Origin: Octopus sinensis | Taxonomy: Eukaryota | Reading direction: 5' to 3' | NCBI RefSeq assembly: GCF_006345805.1 | Contig: NW_021835902.1 | Coordinates: 1-36,984 of the forward strand | DNA: 36,984 nt | Part shown: piece by piece, positions 11,200 through 23,684 of the stretch | Layout: each line of letters begins with the position of its first letter | How positions within the stretch are numbered: the first letter of the stretch is position 1 | Program-made: the position numbers and the translations under genes | Notes under the pieces: generated by a model | Told to the model about the DNA's origin: nothing | The model's database searches: none | The model's input: only the letters and a program-made list of their open reading frames with translations

Positions 11200-11423
11200 T
11201 ATGTTGGACCGTTAGCTCCTACACTCATTTTTTTCTCTCCTTGTTTCTTTTCTGTGTATCTTTCTGTCGAAGAGCGTAGGCTTGAAACGTAAAAGACTTG
11301 TTTTATTTCTATTCCTGAGTACCATACTAATACATTTGTTTGTTTGTACTCCACCTGCCTTCGTCTTTTGTTTATTTTTGTAAACCTGCCTTCGTCTTTT
11401 GTTTATTTTCGTAAACCTTCCCG

Positions 11424-11424
<1 letters not shown>
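11200..11424 (+). mobile_element. Probable Penelope-like terminal repeat with a hammerhead-like motif at 11260-11295
   Basis: Homologous to 26570-26760. Contains an internal tandem duplication of about 31 bp at about 11355-11418. Confidence 0.6.
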
Positions 11425-11513
<89 letters not shown>

Positions 11514-13895
11514 GGCGTGTCGTGAACGCATCGTTCACGGCACGCCAGGCTTACAGGGACCGGATTAGCACATTGTTAAGAGAGCATTGACAGTACCGAA
11601 ATAGAATAGAGAGAACTTAGTTAAGAAATTAGAAGAGGCATTTAGAACTGGCATCGCGTCCACCGTACTGGCAGTGAGGTTGGCCCTCGACCGACACTTC
11701 AACACCAAACACAAAGGATGCGTTGTCAGAGCTAGGATGCGTGCTCTGAGGAACGAAGGAGTTGGAGCCGCCCAATAGGCCCGAGTGGCGGAGGCACAAC
11801 GAGGCAACAGAGCCACCATTAGGTCACTTACAGATGAACAAGGGCGCGAATTACTCGAATCTGAAAGGATGTGTGAGGCCTTTCAACTACACTTTGCCCG
11901 ACTGTTTGGGACAATTGGTGGGTTAGAACGAAGAGTGGACTTTAGTGCCTACCTGCATGGCCTGCCACGACTCTCAGCAAGAGAGGCGGAGTGTTGTGAA
12001 AGACCCGTCACAGCCGCGGACGTACGGGATGCGATGGCAGGCTGAGCAATAGACAAGTCACCAGGCTTGGGTGGTCTGCCCTACGAAATTTATTGTCATA
12101 TGCCAGACTTGTTTGGAGGCGTCTTGGCAGCTGTCTACTGAAAGTGGCAGCAAAACGGGTGTATCCCCGTCTTTGTAAAACGAGGAGCAGTGGAACTGCT
12201 AAGGAAAGATCCAAACAAACGGAACGTCATAGATAACTTCAGACCCATCACTCTGCTCAACGCAGATTTGAAAATTTTGGCCAAGGTGTTAGCGAGAGGT
12301 TGGCGCTTGTCATTGAGAAACTAGTCGACAAGGCGCAAATGTGCACCGTGCCGGGTAGTATCCATGACAATCTCCATCTGATGCGCTACATCATAGACAG
12401 GTTAGTGAAGGATCCTGGCATGGGTGGGCGCTGATAAATTTGGATCAATCAAAAGCTTTCGATTGAGTAGACCATCGCTACTTGGAGGCTGGGATGCGGG
12501 AGGAGCGTGTCTGCATACGCGGACGCCGTCACCATCATAGTGTCGAGCCACAGAGAGGGCCGAGAGGAAGCTATTCCTAAAAGGTCGGGCGGAAGTGACG
12601 AACGCGTACACCGCATCCAGTATCGAGTACCGTCTGACCGTCGTGCCTTATCCCGACCCTACCATCACCAAACTCTTCCGCTTCTTGTGGAAGGGAAGCG
12701 TTCCGATGGTTAGGCGATCCATTTACTGTCAACACACGCTAAATGGAGGGCTAGCCATGCCGTGGTTGATGATGCGCAGACATGCATTGAGACTGCGACA
12801 TCACCGGCGCTTCATAGACGATGGTGAACAGCTCGTCTCCTTGACCGAACTACAATCGTGGATCAAACAGAGACCGAGGCTAAGCGAATGGCACCGCGAG
12901 TGTCGCGTTGCTCTCAAGTAACTCTGCCGACCGGGACCAAATTTGTGCGACTTCATTACAAGAAAGGCGTTCTATAGAGGATTAGGGCGGGGGAGATGCG
13001 ACGACGTTCTCGGGCAGAATCTGGGCGTCGACGAGAGACACCTGACCCACCTGTTCAGGACAACTTTCGGGCCGGGACCTATAGACAATCACCAAAGATC
13101 TCTGGCCAGGCAGTGCTATCGAGAAGCATTACCTGTTTGGGATACGCTCTACAGGTACGGTTCGAGACACACTGGACCAACTTGCCCGAGATGCGGTCAG
13201 AGTGACGAAACCGTTCTGCACGCATTCGTGCAGTGTCCATCCATTTCGGACCTGTGGGCTTATACCGAACGGCTGCTGTCACGTGCTGTCGGCCGAGTCT
13301 ATCGTGAAAATTGCACCTCAACTGGGAAGGCAAGGCAGTTTTCATCGTACTGGTGGCTATGGTGAAAGAATGTGTGTGGTGGACTCGAGCGAAAGGATTA
13401 GAGACAAACACTTAACTCTCTGGCCAATCGCTCATCAACTTTTCCAAGTACCACTTGAAAAGGAAGGTGAGAATGGAAAGGCAGGTTTTGTCTCGTGAAA
13501 GTTTCAAAAAAAGGTGGGTGAGTGTAGCAAAGATGGTGCGTACGAGTGACGAAACCACTTTGAGCTTGATCCTGTAAATCGTAAAAGAGAGAGAGAGAGC
13601 ACTTTGCTCTCACGTGTTTATTTTTCCTCCCTGCCTGAGGTTACCGTGGTCTTTTCTGTAGGCTTTTCTTTCCACGGATGAACCTAATCTTGTTTGTTAC
13701 TTTGAAAAAAAAAATTTTTTTCTTTCTGTGATTCACGATCCCTTTTGATCTCTTTTTTTTCTTCCGATCCCTTTTGATCGAAATTTTACATTTGTTTCCT
13801 TTTTTCTTCTTTTTCCTTTTCCATCTCCGAAAAGAAAAGCTCTACATTTGTAATTGTCCCCTCTGTGTCAACCCTGTGTGGCCAATAAAAAAGTT
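11514..13895 (+). mobile_element. 5'-truncated, internally deleted Tx1/L1-clade LINE, copy 3
   Basis: RT motifs (NFRPITLLNADLKILAKV, DQSKAF, SAYAD), C-terminal CPRCGQSDETVLHAFVQC, 3' UTR with AATAAA. Many stops and frameshifts. Deletions of roughly 220 and 250 bp relative to 33135-35728. (TATC)n on both sides. Confidence 0.92.
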
Positions 13896-13946
13896 ATCTA
13901 TCTATCTACCTATATACATATCTATCTATCTATATATCTATCTACA

Positions 13947-14017
<71 letters not shown>

Positions 14018-14622
14018 ACGTACATACACATACACCTGCATGCATGCATACATACATACATACATACATACATACATACATAGTATTTTTCACTTTGAAT
14101 TGTGTTATTCTATTGCGGCCATGCGGGGGCACTGCCCCGAAGGCTTGTAACTGACTACTTCGTTCTCATAATTTATTTGAACTTCTAGCATTTATTGCTT
14201 TTCATGTGTCGAGACGCCGCCATCTTACGTGGTTAAAGCAGAAATCCATTCGTTTTACGCGATGTCAACGCAAAGCGTATATACAAACAGACAAAACACA
14301 TGCACGCATGCGTACACACATACATACTCACAATTATATACATATGTGTGATTGTATGCTCTTTTACAATATAACTTAACCAAACATCTGGCGACTGCGG
14401 CCATACTCGAGCATTGTCTTCAAGGAATCAGTCGAACAAATTAATCTCTCGTATTAATTCAATGGTTGCTTATTATTGAGCCCCTAACTGGAGGGGGCAT
14501 ATGAAACGAACCCCGGTTGTAATACACAAACACACTCACACTCTATATATGTGGTGGTTTCTTTCTCTGCACAGATGATTGTCCTCCCCTTGTATTTCCT
14601 TGTCAATGGTATTCTGACTTCT

Positions 14623-14855
14623 AAAGGCGGCGAGCTGGCAGAAACGTTAGCACGTCGGGCGAAATGCTTAGCGGTATTTCGTCTGCATTACGTTGTGAGT
14701 TCAAATTCCGCCGAGGTCGACTTTGCCTTTCATCCTTTCGGGGTCGATAAATTAAGTACCAGTTACGCACTGGGGTCGATGTAATCGACTTAATACCTAT
14801 GTCTGTCCTTGTCTGTCCCCTCTGTGTTTAGCCCCTTGTGGGTAATAAAGAAATA
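14623..14855 (+). mobile_element. Complete tRNA-headed SINE, family B, with a 15-bp target-site duplication
   Basis: TSD GGTATTCTGACTTCT at 14608-14622 and 14856-14870. Head GGCGGCGAGCTGGCAGAA...GAGTTCAAATTCC. Central GACTTTGCCTTTCATCCTTTCGGGGTCGATAAATTAAGTACCAG resembles the MetaSINE core as I recall it. Tail ends GGGTAATAAAGAAATA. Confidence 0.88.
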
Positions 14856-17167
14856 GGTATTCTGACTTCTCAGAAATCTATTTAGGTCCGTTGCAGATCT
14901 GTATGGTTTGAAGCATAAGTGACAGCTGAAAGGTTTAACTTACTGTGCGCTTCCAACTGGTTAGGTCTACACACGTTGCCACTCTTCCACTTTCGTTTGA
15001 TGGAATGACAAATGAGGTTACCCTAAAGAGACTAATGTACGTTACTGGACTATGGCGGCAAACACTTGTACAACACAAGTGCCACTCTCTGAGGCCCCGT
15101 GATTAGTACTTAATAACAAGCCAAACCATGATAACCAGAAATGGCGTGAAACCGCAGGTTTTATATCAAAGTGTCCCTCTCCTAGAAGCATGCTGTGACA
15201 ACAGCTATTCGGGATCGATGAAATAAGAACTGGGGTCGATGCAATCGACATGCCTCCCCGCCCCCACAAAAAAATTTCAGGCTTTATGTCTGTAATAGAA
15301 AGGGTTATTATATATCATTTAAAGATAACCCCAGCTCCATGTCTTTAAGTTTCATGCTAGCTAAATCACGTGAAAATCATCGTTGAAATAATAATAAAAC
15401 GACTCAAATGGCAACAGGAAGGGAAATATACTCAACGACCTCTCACTTTTCAACCTCCCATATTCTTTCTTTTTTTTTTTTGTCTATTTTGATAATTCGT
15501 CCGCATGTATTATGATTTGTATGGCTCTCAATATACTGTAAAATGCTCGCGAAATATATCAAATTATATTAGCAAATACATGATATAGAACATTGTGAAA
15601 AGTATTTCCTGTTTTGTTGTCGGTTCCAGATCAAACATTTTCGAGGAAACGTAAGTTTGATTAATTTACGCCTGCTGTCATATTGTTTTATTTTTAGATA
15701 CTGTGTACCGAGGACAACGTTATCTGATGTGCTCTTCATACTTTTAGATCATTGGTGTGGCACGTATATTATTGACTGGAGGCTGAAAGGAGGCTCCGCA
15801 GGTTGTTTTTTCTTATATAACATTCTTTAACTGAATTCGATGTCTGCAGAAATATTTGAACGTAACATGTAGAAAACACGTTACTGTTATTTTGTAACCA
15901 TAACAAATTTCTGAAAGAAAATTCCATATTACATCATTTACATAATTATGTAATACTTTTCCGACATACTTTGACTGCCATAGAACCGTTACTGAAAACC
16001 TCATTTTCCCTTACTTTTTCTCTTTGTTATCGACAAAGGAACACAGTCCAAAACAATGAACTTTTTCCTCTGCCTCTTCATTACAACCCAAACTTAATTA
16101 TTCACCCCTTGTTTTGCTTTGTTTTACACTTTTCGTTTTGAACTGTTTTGGAGATCTTCATAATGCAATTATTTATTTGCTTGCCATTTCTAAGATAACT
16201 AACACAAAAGCCAAAATTTATGCGTTCATAGTTTCTAGAGAGGTCAGTAATCAATAATAATGAAATGCAGGCCTACTGTCAGATGATAACTTAGCATTTG
16301 ACGAAGAACGGAAGGGGCCTTTGACAGTGTATAGTTAGAGAATAAAATATAAAACAACAACGAATACATTCGTTTTGTCGAATCAGCTTAAAGTTGATGC
16401 AAATTAGGCAAGAGAAAAAAAAAGAAAATCTTTGTAAGTTTTCTGTCTGTTTTATTTAATTTATTTGAATGACATCAGCTTTTAACTGATCCGACACTAA
16501 TCTGAACGTAGAATGTTTCTGCTGTGACATCTCTGCTCTGCGTATTTCATCTTTTTAGAGAACATGTTGTTGTCGTTTTTACAGTTGCTGTCGCTGTTTA
16601 ACCTGGCGCTAGTTCGGTACGGGCAGGCCTGTGACTAGAGACAGTGACCACCTTGTCACAGCATATCAGAAACTAAGTTGCATAACGTGTCGTAGTTTAG
16701 GTAAGACAACAATGGTAGGATGCGATAGAAAGATATTTGATCGCTATTTCTAGCAGGTCAAGCGAATACATACAGGATTTTCATCACACGAGATTATCAG
16801 CGACAGTTATCGGTATTGAGGAGTAAATAAATTTTTCCAAAAATCTCTGAAGTATGCTGAGATAAAAACATGAACGTGTTCTTAGAAGGTTTTGTTGTCA
16901 ATAAAAATATTTTCTTAGATTTGTCTTGAACAGAAGCTACAAAGTTATATTATTGCTGTTGTTGTTGCCGTCGTTGTACGCAGTGCTGTAGGACTTTCGA
17001 AACCGGTAGAGCAGCGGATGAAATATTTGGTGGTTTTAGTTACATCTTTACATTCTTAACTTCTGTCACGACCGTTTTCGCCCTTCCAGGGTCGATAGAA
17101 TATGTAAATAATTTGGTCAATACACTCGACCAACCCATTTTGTCGTTATCAGAAATGATTATAAATA

Positions 17168-17212
17168 CAGTAGTACCTCGGTTCACGAACGCCTCTGGTC
17201 ACGAATAAATCG
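17168..17212 (+). mobile_element. Isolated terminus of a Tigger/pogo-like DNA transposon or MITE
   Basis: TA plus CAGTAGTACCTCGGTTCACGAAC. No matching second TIR seen. Confidence 0.45.
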
Positions 17213-17219
17213 TGCTTTC

Positions 17220-17265
<46 letters not shown>

Positions 17266-17268
<3 letters not shown>

Positions 17269-17456
17269 TCTTTTTTCTCTCCCTCCCCCCCTTTTTTTAA
17301 AATTTTATTCCCCCCTTTTTTTTGACCTCTTTCTTTCCCTTTACGATCCCCTTTGATCGAAAACCAAACCCCCTTTTTTTTTACCCCCAAAAGAAAAGCT
17401 CTACCTTGTAATTTGTCCTGTCTGTGTGCAGCCCTGTGTGGCTAATAAAGAAACAT
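17266..17456 (+). mobile_element. Short 3'-end insertion of the Tx1/L1-clade LINE, copy 4
   Basis: Matches 1-202 and ends GTGGCTAATAAAGAAACAT. (CTAT)n at 17219-17265 and degenerate ATCT repeats downstream. Confidence 0.9.
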
Positions 17457-17748
17457 ATTTATCTAACTATCTATCTATACATACATAAGAATTAAGATAT
17501 AAACTCAACTTAGGCAATCATAATCATACAGTTATAAAAATAATATTATCAGTTCTCTTTTTCTCACACATGTTTCGATATGTATTAATATATGTATACG
17601 CATTTTAATTCGCACTTATAACTGTACGAGTATCATTCCCTAATTTGAGTTTATATCTTAATTCTTATCTTTTGTTTCGGATTCGACCCGAACACTTCTT
17701 AAGCGATTCTATATTATTCGTTAGAAAGAACAAAAATATTCTATATAT

Positions 17749-17922
17749 ATAGGCGCAGGAGTGGCTGTGTGGTAAGTGGCTTGCTAACCAACCACATGGT
17801 TCCGGGTTCAGTCCCACTGCGTGGCATCTTGGGCAAGTGTCTTCTGCTATAGCCCCGGGCCGACCAATGCCTTGTGAGTGGATTTGGTAGACGGAAACTG
17901 AAAGAAGCCTGTCGTATATATG

Positions 17923-17953
<31 letters not shown>

Positions 17954-18181
17954 ATGTGTTTTGTTGTGTCTGTGTTTGTCCCCCTAACATTGCTTGACAA
18001 CCGATGCTGGCTGGTATATTTACGGTCCCCGTCACTTAGCGGTTCGGCAAAAGAGACCGATAGAATAAGTACTGGGCTTACAAAGATTAAGTCCCGGGGT
18101 CGATTTGCTCGACTAAAGGCGGTGCTCCAGCATGGCCGCAGTCAAATGACTGAAACAAGTAAAAGAGTAAAAGAGTAAGAG

Positions 18182-18183
<2 letters not shown>
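17749..18183 (+). mobile_element. tRNA-headed SINE, family A, full length
   Basis: ATAGGCGCAGGAGTGGCTGTGTGGTAAG...GGGTTCAGTCCC head, internal (TA/TG)n, (AAAAGAGT)n tail. Confidence 0.93.
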
Positions 18184-18225
<42 letters not shown>

Positions 18226-18354
18226 CACATTTATATTCGTTGTTCGAAAACCGAAGTACTGCTGTGTTTCTCTTCGTGGATCTCCACAGTTCACTTCACC
18301 GATATTTGTTTTTACTTCTGTTAAACAGAAGAGACGTAAAAGCTTTATTAATCA

Positions 18355-18751
18355 CTAGCAGTATCGCCCGGCGTTGCTCGGGTTTGTAAGGGAAATAACT
18401 ATATAAGCATTTTTAGAGAGTTATAGCCAAAAAAAGCAAAAAAATGCATTAAAAATGGGAAAAAAATGATGGTAATTTAAAAAAAAAATCGTTGACTCAT
18501 CGTAGACATTTTTAGAGAGTTACTTCCCTTATATAATAGCGAAAAAATGCATTAAAATGGAATAATATGATGGTAAATTATTTTTAAAATCGTAGATTCA
18601 TCGTAGACGCGCGCTAATACCCAGAAAAGCTCGATATGAATCACGACTATAAGATACCCGGTTTTGGTTAAACTGCACCGCAAAATGTGGGAGTAGTTAG
18701 GAATCTAAATCGTAGGAAACAGACACCCAGCTTCTCTTTTATATATAAAGA
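18355..18751 (-). mobile_element. Non-autonomous Helitron, 397 bp
   Basis: Minus strand: A|TC TTTATATATAAAAG at the 5' end, a subterminal hairpin CCCGAGCAACGCCGGG, then CTAG|T. Inserted between A and T with no TSD. Internal tandem repeat of about 110 bp. Confidence 0.82.
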
Positions 18752-18949
18752 TTGTGAATTTGCGAAACGTTGAAGGTTCAGCACCTCGTACATTCTCTTA
18801 TTAGGGCAAGGATCAGAGAAACGCACGCACACTCACACGCACACACACACAAATACACACACACACACATACACACACACTCACACACACACACATACAC
18901 ACACACACACACACACCGAGTGATAGAAAGAGAATATATTTCTTAGTCT

Positions 18950-19378
18950 TTTTTCTACTTGTTTCATTTGACTGCGGCCATGCTGGAGCACCGCCTTTAG
19001 TCGAACAAATCGACTCCAGAGCTTATTCATTGCAAGCCTAGTACTTATTCTATCGGTCTCTTTTCGCCGAACCGCTAGTTTTCGGGGACGTAAACACACC
19101 AACATCGGCTGTGAGAGAAGGTGGGGGAACAAACGCAGACTCAAAGACAGACACACACACAGAGACAGACACACACACACACACTCATCAATACATATAC
19201 ATATACCTGACGGACTTCTTTCAGTTTCCGTCTACCAAATCCACTCACAAGGCTTTCGTCGGCCCGAGGCTATAGTAGAAGACACTTGCCAAGGGCACTT
19301 GCCCACGCACTGGGACTGAACCCGGAACCATGTGGTTGGGAAGGAAGCTTCTTACCACACAGCCAATCCTGCGCCTAT
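18950..19378 (-). mobile_element. tRNA-headed SINE, family A, full length
   Basis: Reverse complement of 17749-18183. Confidence 0.92.
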
Positions 19379-19979
19379 ATCAATTAATTTTATCACAATT
19401 ACAATTACAATTCAATAGTACATTCATTGCCTGCTTTTAAATTTTGAGCTTAATAAAAATATATAATGATGTTCCCATCGCGTATATGCATTTCGACCTC
19501 ATAAGCCCCTCCTCTCTCTCTCTCTCTCTCTCTTTCTCTTTATCCCTCTGTCTCTCCCTATCTTTGTCTCTGTCTCTGCCTCTTTCTCCCCCACAAGATA
19601 TTATTTATGGTTATAAACTAGAACCAAGACCAAAGCGTATTACAGAAACAAAATTTTCAATCAAACGTGTCTCGAAGCAAATAGAGCTATACATAATAGG
19701 TGTTAATGCATTGGGCTAAAATCCCCAAATGGACGGGGGTGGGGTGGAGAAACTGAAAATGGTCTCGGGGAATCGAACCATGCAGATTTTGGTTTGTTTT
19801 TCTATCCAAGAAGTTTCTAAGCTAAAATAATGGTTTCGAATTTTGGAACAAAGCCAGCAATTTTGAAGATGGCGTCTGGTCGATTATATCGATCGCCATA
19901 AACTTGTGTCAGGCTACTGGTTGTTGTAATATAAACAATTTCGTGAATTATCTATTATTTTCCAAGTTTTGCTTTCCCA

Positions 19980-19983
19980 CCTG

Positions 19984-20043
<60 letters not shown>

Positions 20044-20258
20044 AACTACTACTACTACTAGTAGTAGTAGTAGTAGAAGTGGTGGTGGTGATAGGAGTAA
20101 TAGTAGTAGTGGTGGTGGTGCGGTTCCAATTTCAGGAAATTCAAAAATTACTGAGTTAGCGATTATGTGTGTAAATGGAGCGTATGAAAGAGCAACAGAA
20201 CTAGTTGTGGTGGTGAGGGTGGTGAGGGTGATGATGACGATGATGATGACGATGGCGG

Positions 20259-20299
<41 letters not shown>

Positions 20300-20309
20300 G
20301 TGATGATGG

Positions 20310-20342
<33 letters not shown>

Positions 20343-20400
20343 CGATGGCGGTGATGATGATGCTGATGATGATGATGATGATGATGCTGATGCTGATGAT
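19980..20400. repeat. (ACT)n-(AGT)n and (GAT/GGT)n trinucleotide arrays
   Basis: Directly visible. Confidence 0.95.
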
Positions 20401-21230
20401 GAGAAGCAGGGGGAATGAGCAAAAATGAGGGTGGGAGATCGCAGTAACTTTGCTGCTTGTGGTTGTGATAGTGACTACGATATAAAATTTATAATTATAT
20501 TCTTTGTTATTTTCATAATTATGCTTCATCCTGTTTCGATTTTACAATTTATTTTACCTCATTTTATTTTATTCTTGTCTTTTGTTTGATTCTGTCAATA
20601 TTGGTGGTCTTTTGTTTGATTTCTACCGTGATTTTGGTTGACTAAATATCGATTAAACAAGGCCTTCCGGTCCAATTTTTTTCAATTCCTTTCTTCACTC
20701 GTTTACAGACTACGTTTTCTTTTGTAGCCTATATTTAGGGCTTTCGGTATAGGGAAAGATTTGGGATTTTTATATAATAATAAATAATATGAATTAAAGT
20801 CGGTGGGATGAGAATAGTGCTAAAAAAAAGTGGAGCTATGTGCGGGAGGAAGCCTTTGTTATCAAAGAAATCGTTTCGAAACAAGCTAAACAACTGAGCG
20901 AATAGAATAATAAAGAAAAAATTTTTGAAAAATTATTTTCATATCGAATGGCAACAAAAAGAAACTAATAATATAATCAACAAGCAATTACAATTAACGA
21001 ACAATTATAAATGTAGGTGAAAGATATTTGATATTAGGCTGTTGTGCCAATTTTAGTTTGTAAAGAGTTTTTAGAATGTGTGTTAAGTTACAGAAGAGGA
21101 AGAACGAAGATGAAAGAGGAAATTATAGAAGTAATGGAAATAAATATAAAGAGATGCAATGAAGTGAACTTAGAAAGTGAAAGTAGGAAGTGAAAGTGGA
21201 AATGAGGGGGTGGTGATATACACCAGAAAG

Positions 21231-21264
<34 letters not shown>

Positions 21265-21930
21265 GTAGAGAGAGAGAGAGAGAGAGTGAGTGAGAAGGGG
21301 AGATGGAGAGTTGGAAGCAATGAAAGAAAGAGTGGTGTATTGAGTAAGGGAGTGGATGAATAAAAACAGGGGTGGTTTGTGAATTAAAGGTGAAGTGAAT
21401 GAGAAAGAAAGAGGGAGAGGAGACGAGGAGATGAAAATGGAAAGAGACACGATGCAATGGAGAGAGGGAGAGCGAGAGAGCGCGGAAGAGAGCGAGAAAG
21501 ATAGCGAGATAGAGAGATCAGGAGAGGTAGGGAGAGAGAAAGAGAAAGAGAGAGAGAGAGCGAAAAAAAATAAAATAGATTCGAGAAAGAAAGAAGCAAA
21601 ACAAGAAAGACAGCTGGGTTTTAAGATCTGCAGACAGTGAATAAGACTGGAAGAAGAATCTAGGTTTAAGAAGTGAAGAGACGGACAAATTATTAAATGA
21701 TGTTTGACTGAGAACTAGGACATAGAACAGGAGCAAAAGCTGTACAAGAATGGAGGCCACTAAAAACAATAACAGAAAGGGGGCGTGCGCGCATATATAT
21801 GTATTTCGTAAACCTTCCCGTTATGTATATATATATAATAATATATATATATATATATGTATATATATAATATAATATATTATATATGCGTACATACATA
21901 CGCACACACATTCACACACACACACATACA

Positions 21931-22290
21931 TATGAGCAGGCGTGGCTGTGTTGTAAGAAGTTCGTTTTTCAACCACATGGTTCCGGGTTCAGTCCCTCTG
22001 CGTGGCGCCGTGGGCAAGTGTCTTCTACTGCAGCCTCAGGCCGACCAAAACCTTGTCAGTGGATTTGCTAGACAGAAACTGTAGGTGTCTTTGTGTCTAT
22101 GTTTGTCCCCTACCATCGCTAGACAACCGGTATTGGTGTGTTTAAATACGCGCACCCTAGCGGTTCGGCAAAAGTAACCGAGAGAACAAGTACTAGGCTT
22201 TAAAAAATAAGTCCAGGGGATGATTTGTTAGACTAAAACCCTTGAAGGCGGTGCTCCAGGATGGCCGCAGTCAAATGACTGAAACAAAGA
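21931..22290 (+). mobile_element. tRNA-headed SINE, family A, diverged, lacking the internal microsatellite
   Basis: GCAGGCGTGGCTGTGTTGTAAG...GGGTTCAGTCCC head and GGCGGTGCTCCAGGATGGCCGCAGTCAAATGACTGAAAC tail. Confidence 0.85.
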
Positions 22291-22320
22291 TAATATATAT
22301 TTGTATGTATATATATGTAT

Positions 22321-22848
22321 ATAAACTTAGATAAACTTAGATATGTTTTGACCAAAGATTGGTCCAAGCCATGTCTAACTTATTGCACCACCTGATAGGA
22401 TTATCTAAATCCTTTTTAAGTCAAGTTTTGTGGTGTCATGGTCCATTCATGTAGTGAGTTCTTGTTAAGTCAGCTGTATCCAGGTGTAGGTGGCTTATCT
22501 GGCATTCCTTGAAGAAATTTGTCCAGACTCCGTTTAAAGGTGATGGGATCCTTTTCCTCTTTGATCAGTTTTGGGACAATGTTAAATAGGGCAGGGCCTA
22601 TTGAGGAAAAGAAATTGCGTCGCTGTGTACCTATATGTTGGGATCCTGAATTGGGCAGGGGACGTATGGCCCGTGGTCGCAGCCTTGGATGAACCTTGAA
22701 GTTAATGTTCAGGGCGTTTGGGCAATGCTGACGGCATATTCTCCACATCGTGCAAATGATGTACCGCTCGCGGCGGTGCTGGACAGAGTAGAGTTTCAAT
22801 GTTTTAAGACGGTCCCAGTAGTCGAGATCAGTCATGCCCTTAACGCAC
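22321..22848 (-). mobile_element. 5'-truncated CR1-group (CR1/L2/Crack-like) LINE 3' end
   Basis: ORF 22470-22850 gives DYWDRLKTLKLYSVQHRRERYII...GPALFNIVP...FKRSLDKFL..PDKP, a typical post-RT C-terminus. The 3' end has a tandem (CTAAGTTTAT)2. Confidence 0.85.
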
Positions 22849-22904
22849 ACATATATATATTTGAAACAAATTAAAAATAATGTTAATTATATATTATTCC
22901 TTTA

Positions 22905-22943
<39 letters not shown>

Positions 22944-23339
22944 TTGTGTATATATATGTGCGCATGTATTTATGCACAAGCGTATATATACACACATACA
23001 TAAATATACATACACACACACACATATATATATGTATGTATATATATATGGATGTAAATAAATATATGTATATATATATGCTTGAATATGTCTATGTTTA
23101 TGCGCAGGCATGTGTGTGTGTGTGTGTGTTTGCGCATGTTTACGTATGTATGTGTATGTGTGCATTTGTGTGTGTATGTGTGCGCGTATAGATATAGTGT
23201 AAATGACAGTGGAGGCTCTGTGAATGATGATGAATGAGGAAGTGAGGGAAATGAAGCGAAAGTAATTGACGAAGAATGAAAATGGAACATGAATGAGTAT
23301 CAATAAACAATATAAAAAATGAAGTATCACGTCTTTGTA

Positions 23340-23463
23340 GTATAGTAGTAGTAGTAGTAGTAGTAATAGCTGTAGTGTTATTGTCATTATTATTATTATT
23401 ATTATCATCATCACCATGATGACGATGATGATGATGATGATGATGGTAGTGGTGGTGATGATG

Positions 23464-23497
<34 letters not shown>

Positions 23498-23521
23498 TGA
23501 TGATGATGGTGATTATTATTA

Positions 23522-23582
<61 letters not shown>

Positions 23583-23620
23583 CATTATTATTATTATTAT
23601 CATTATCATCATCATCATCA

Positions 23621-23684
<64 letters not shown>

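Noticed and set aside
12820-12840. 36-nt GT...AG deletion in LINE copy 3 relative to copy 5, suggesting splicing
   Set aside because: Very short for an intron and bounded by a CAG microhomology. The other deletions lack GT-AG ends.
15695-15730. YCVPRTTLSD, similar to a psq/CENP-B HTH
   Set aside because: Only 10 residues, with no flanking similarity or TIRs.
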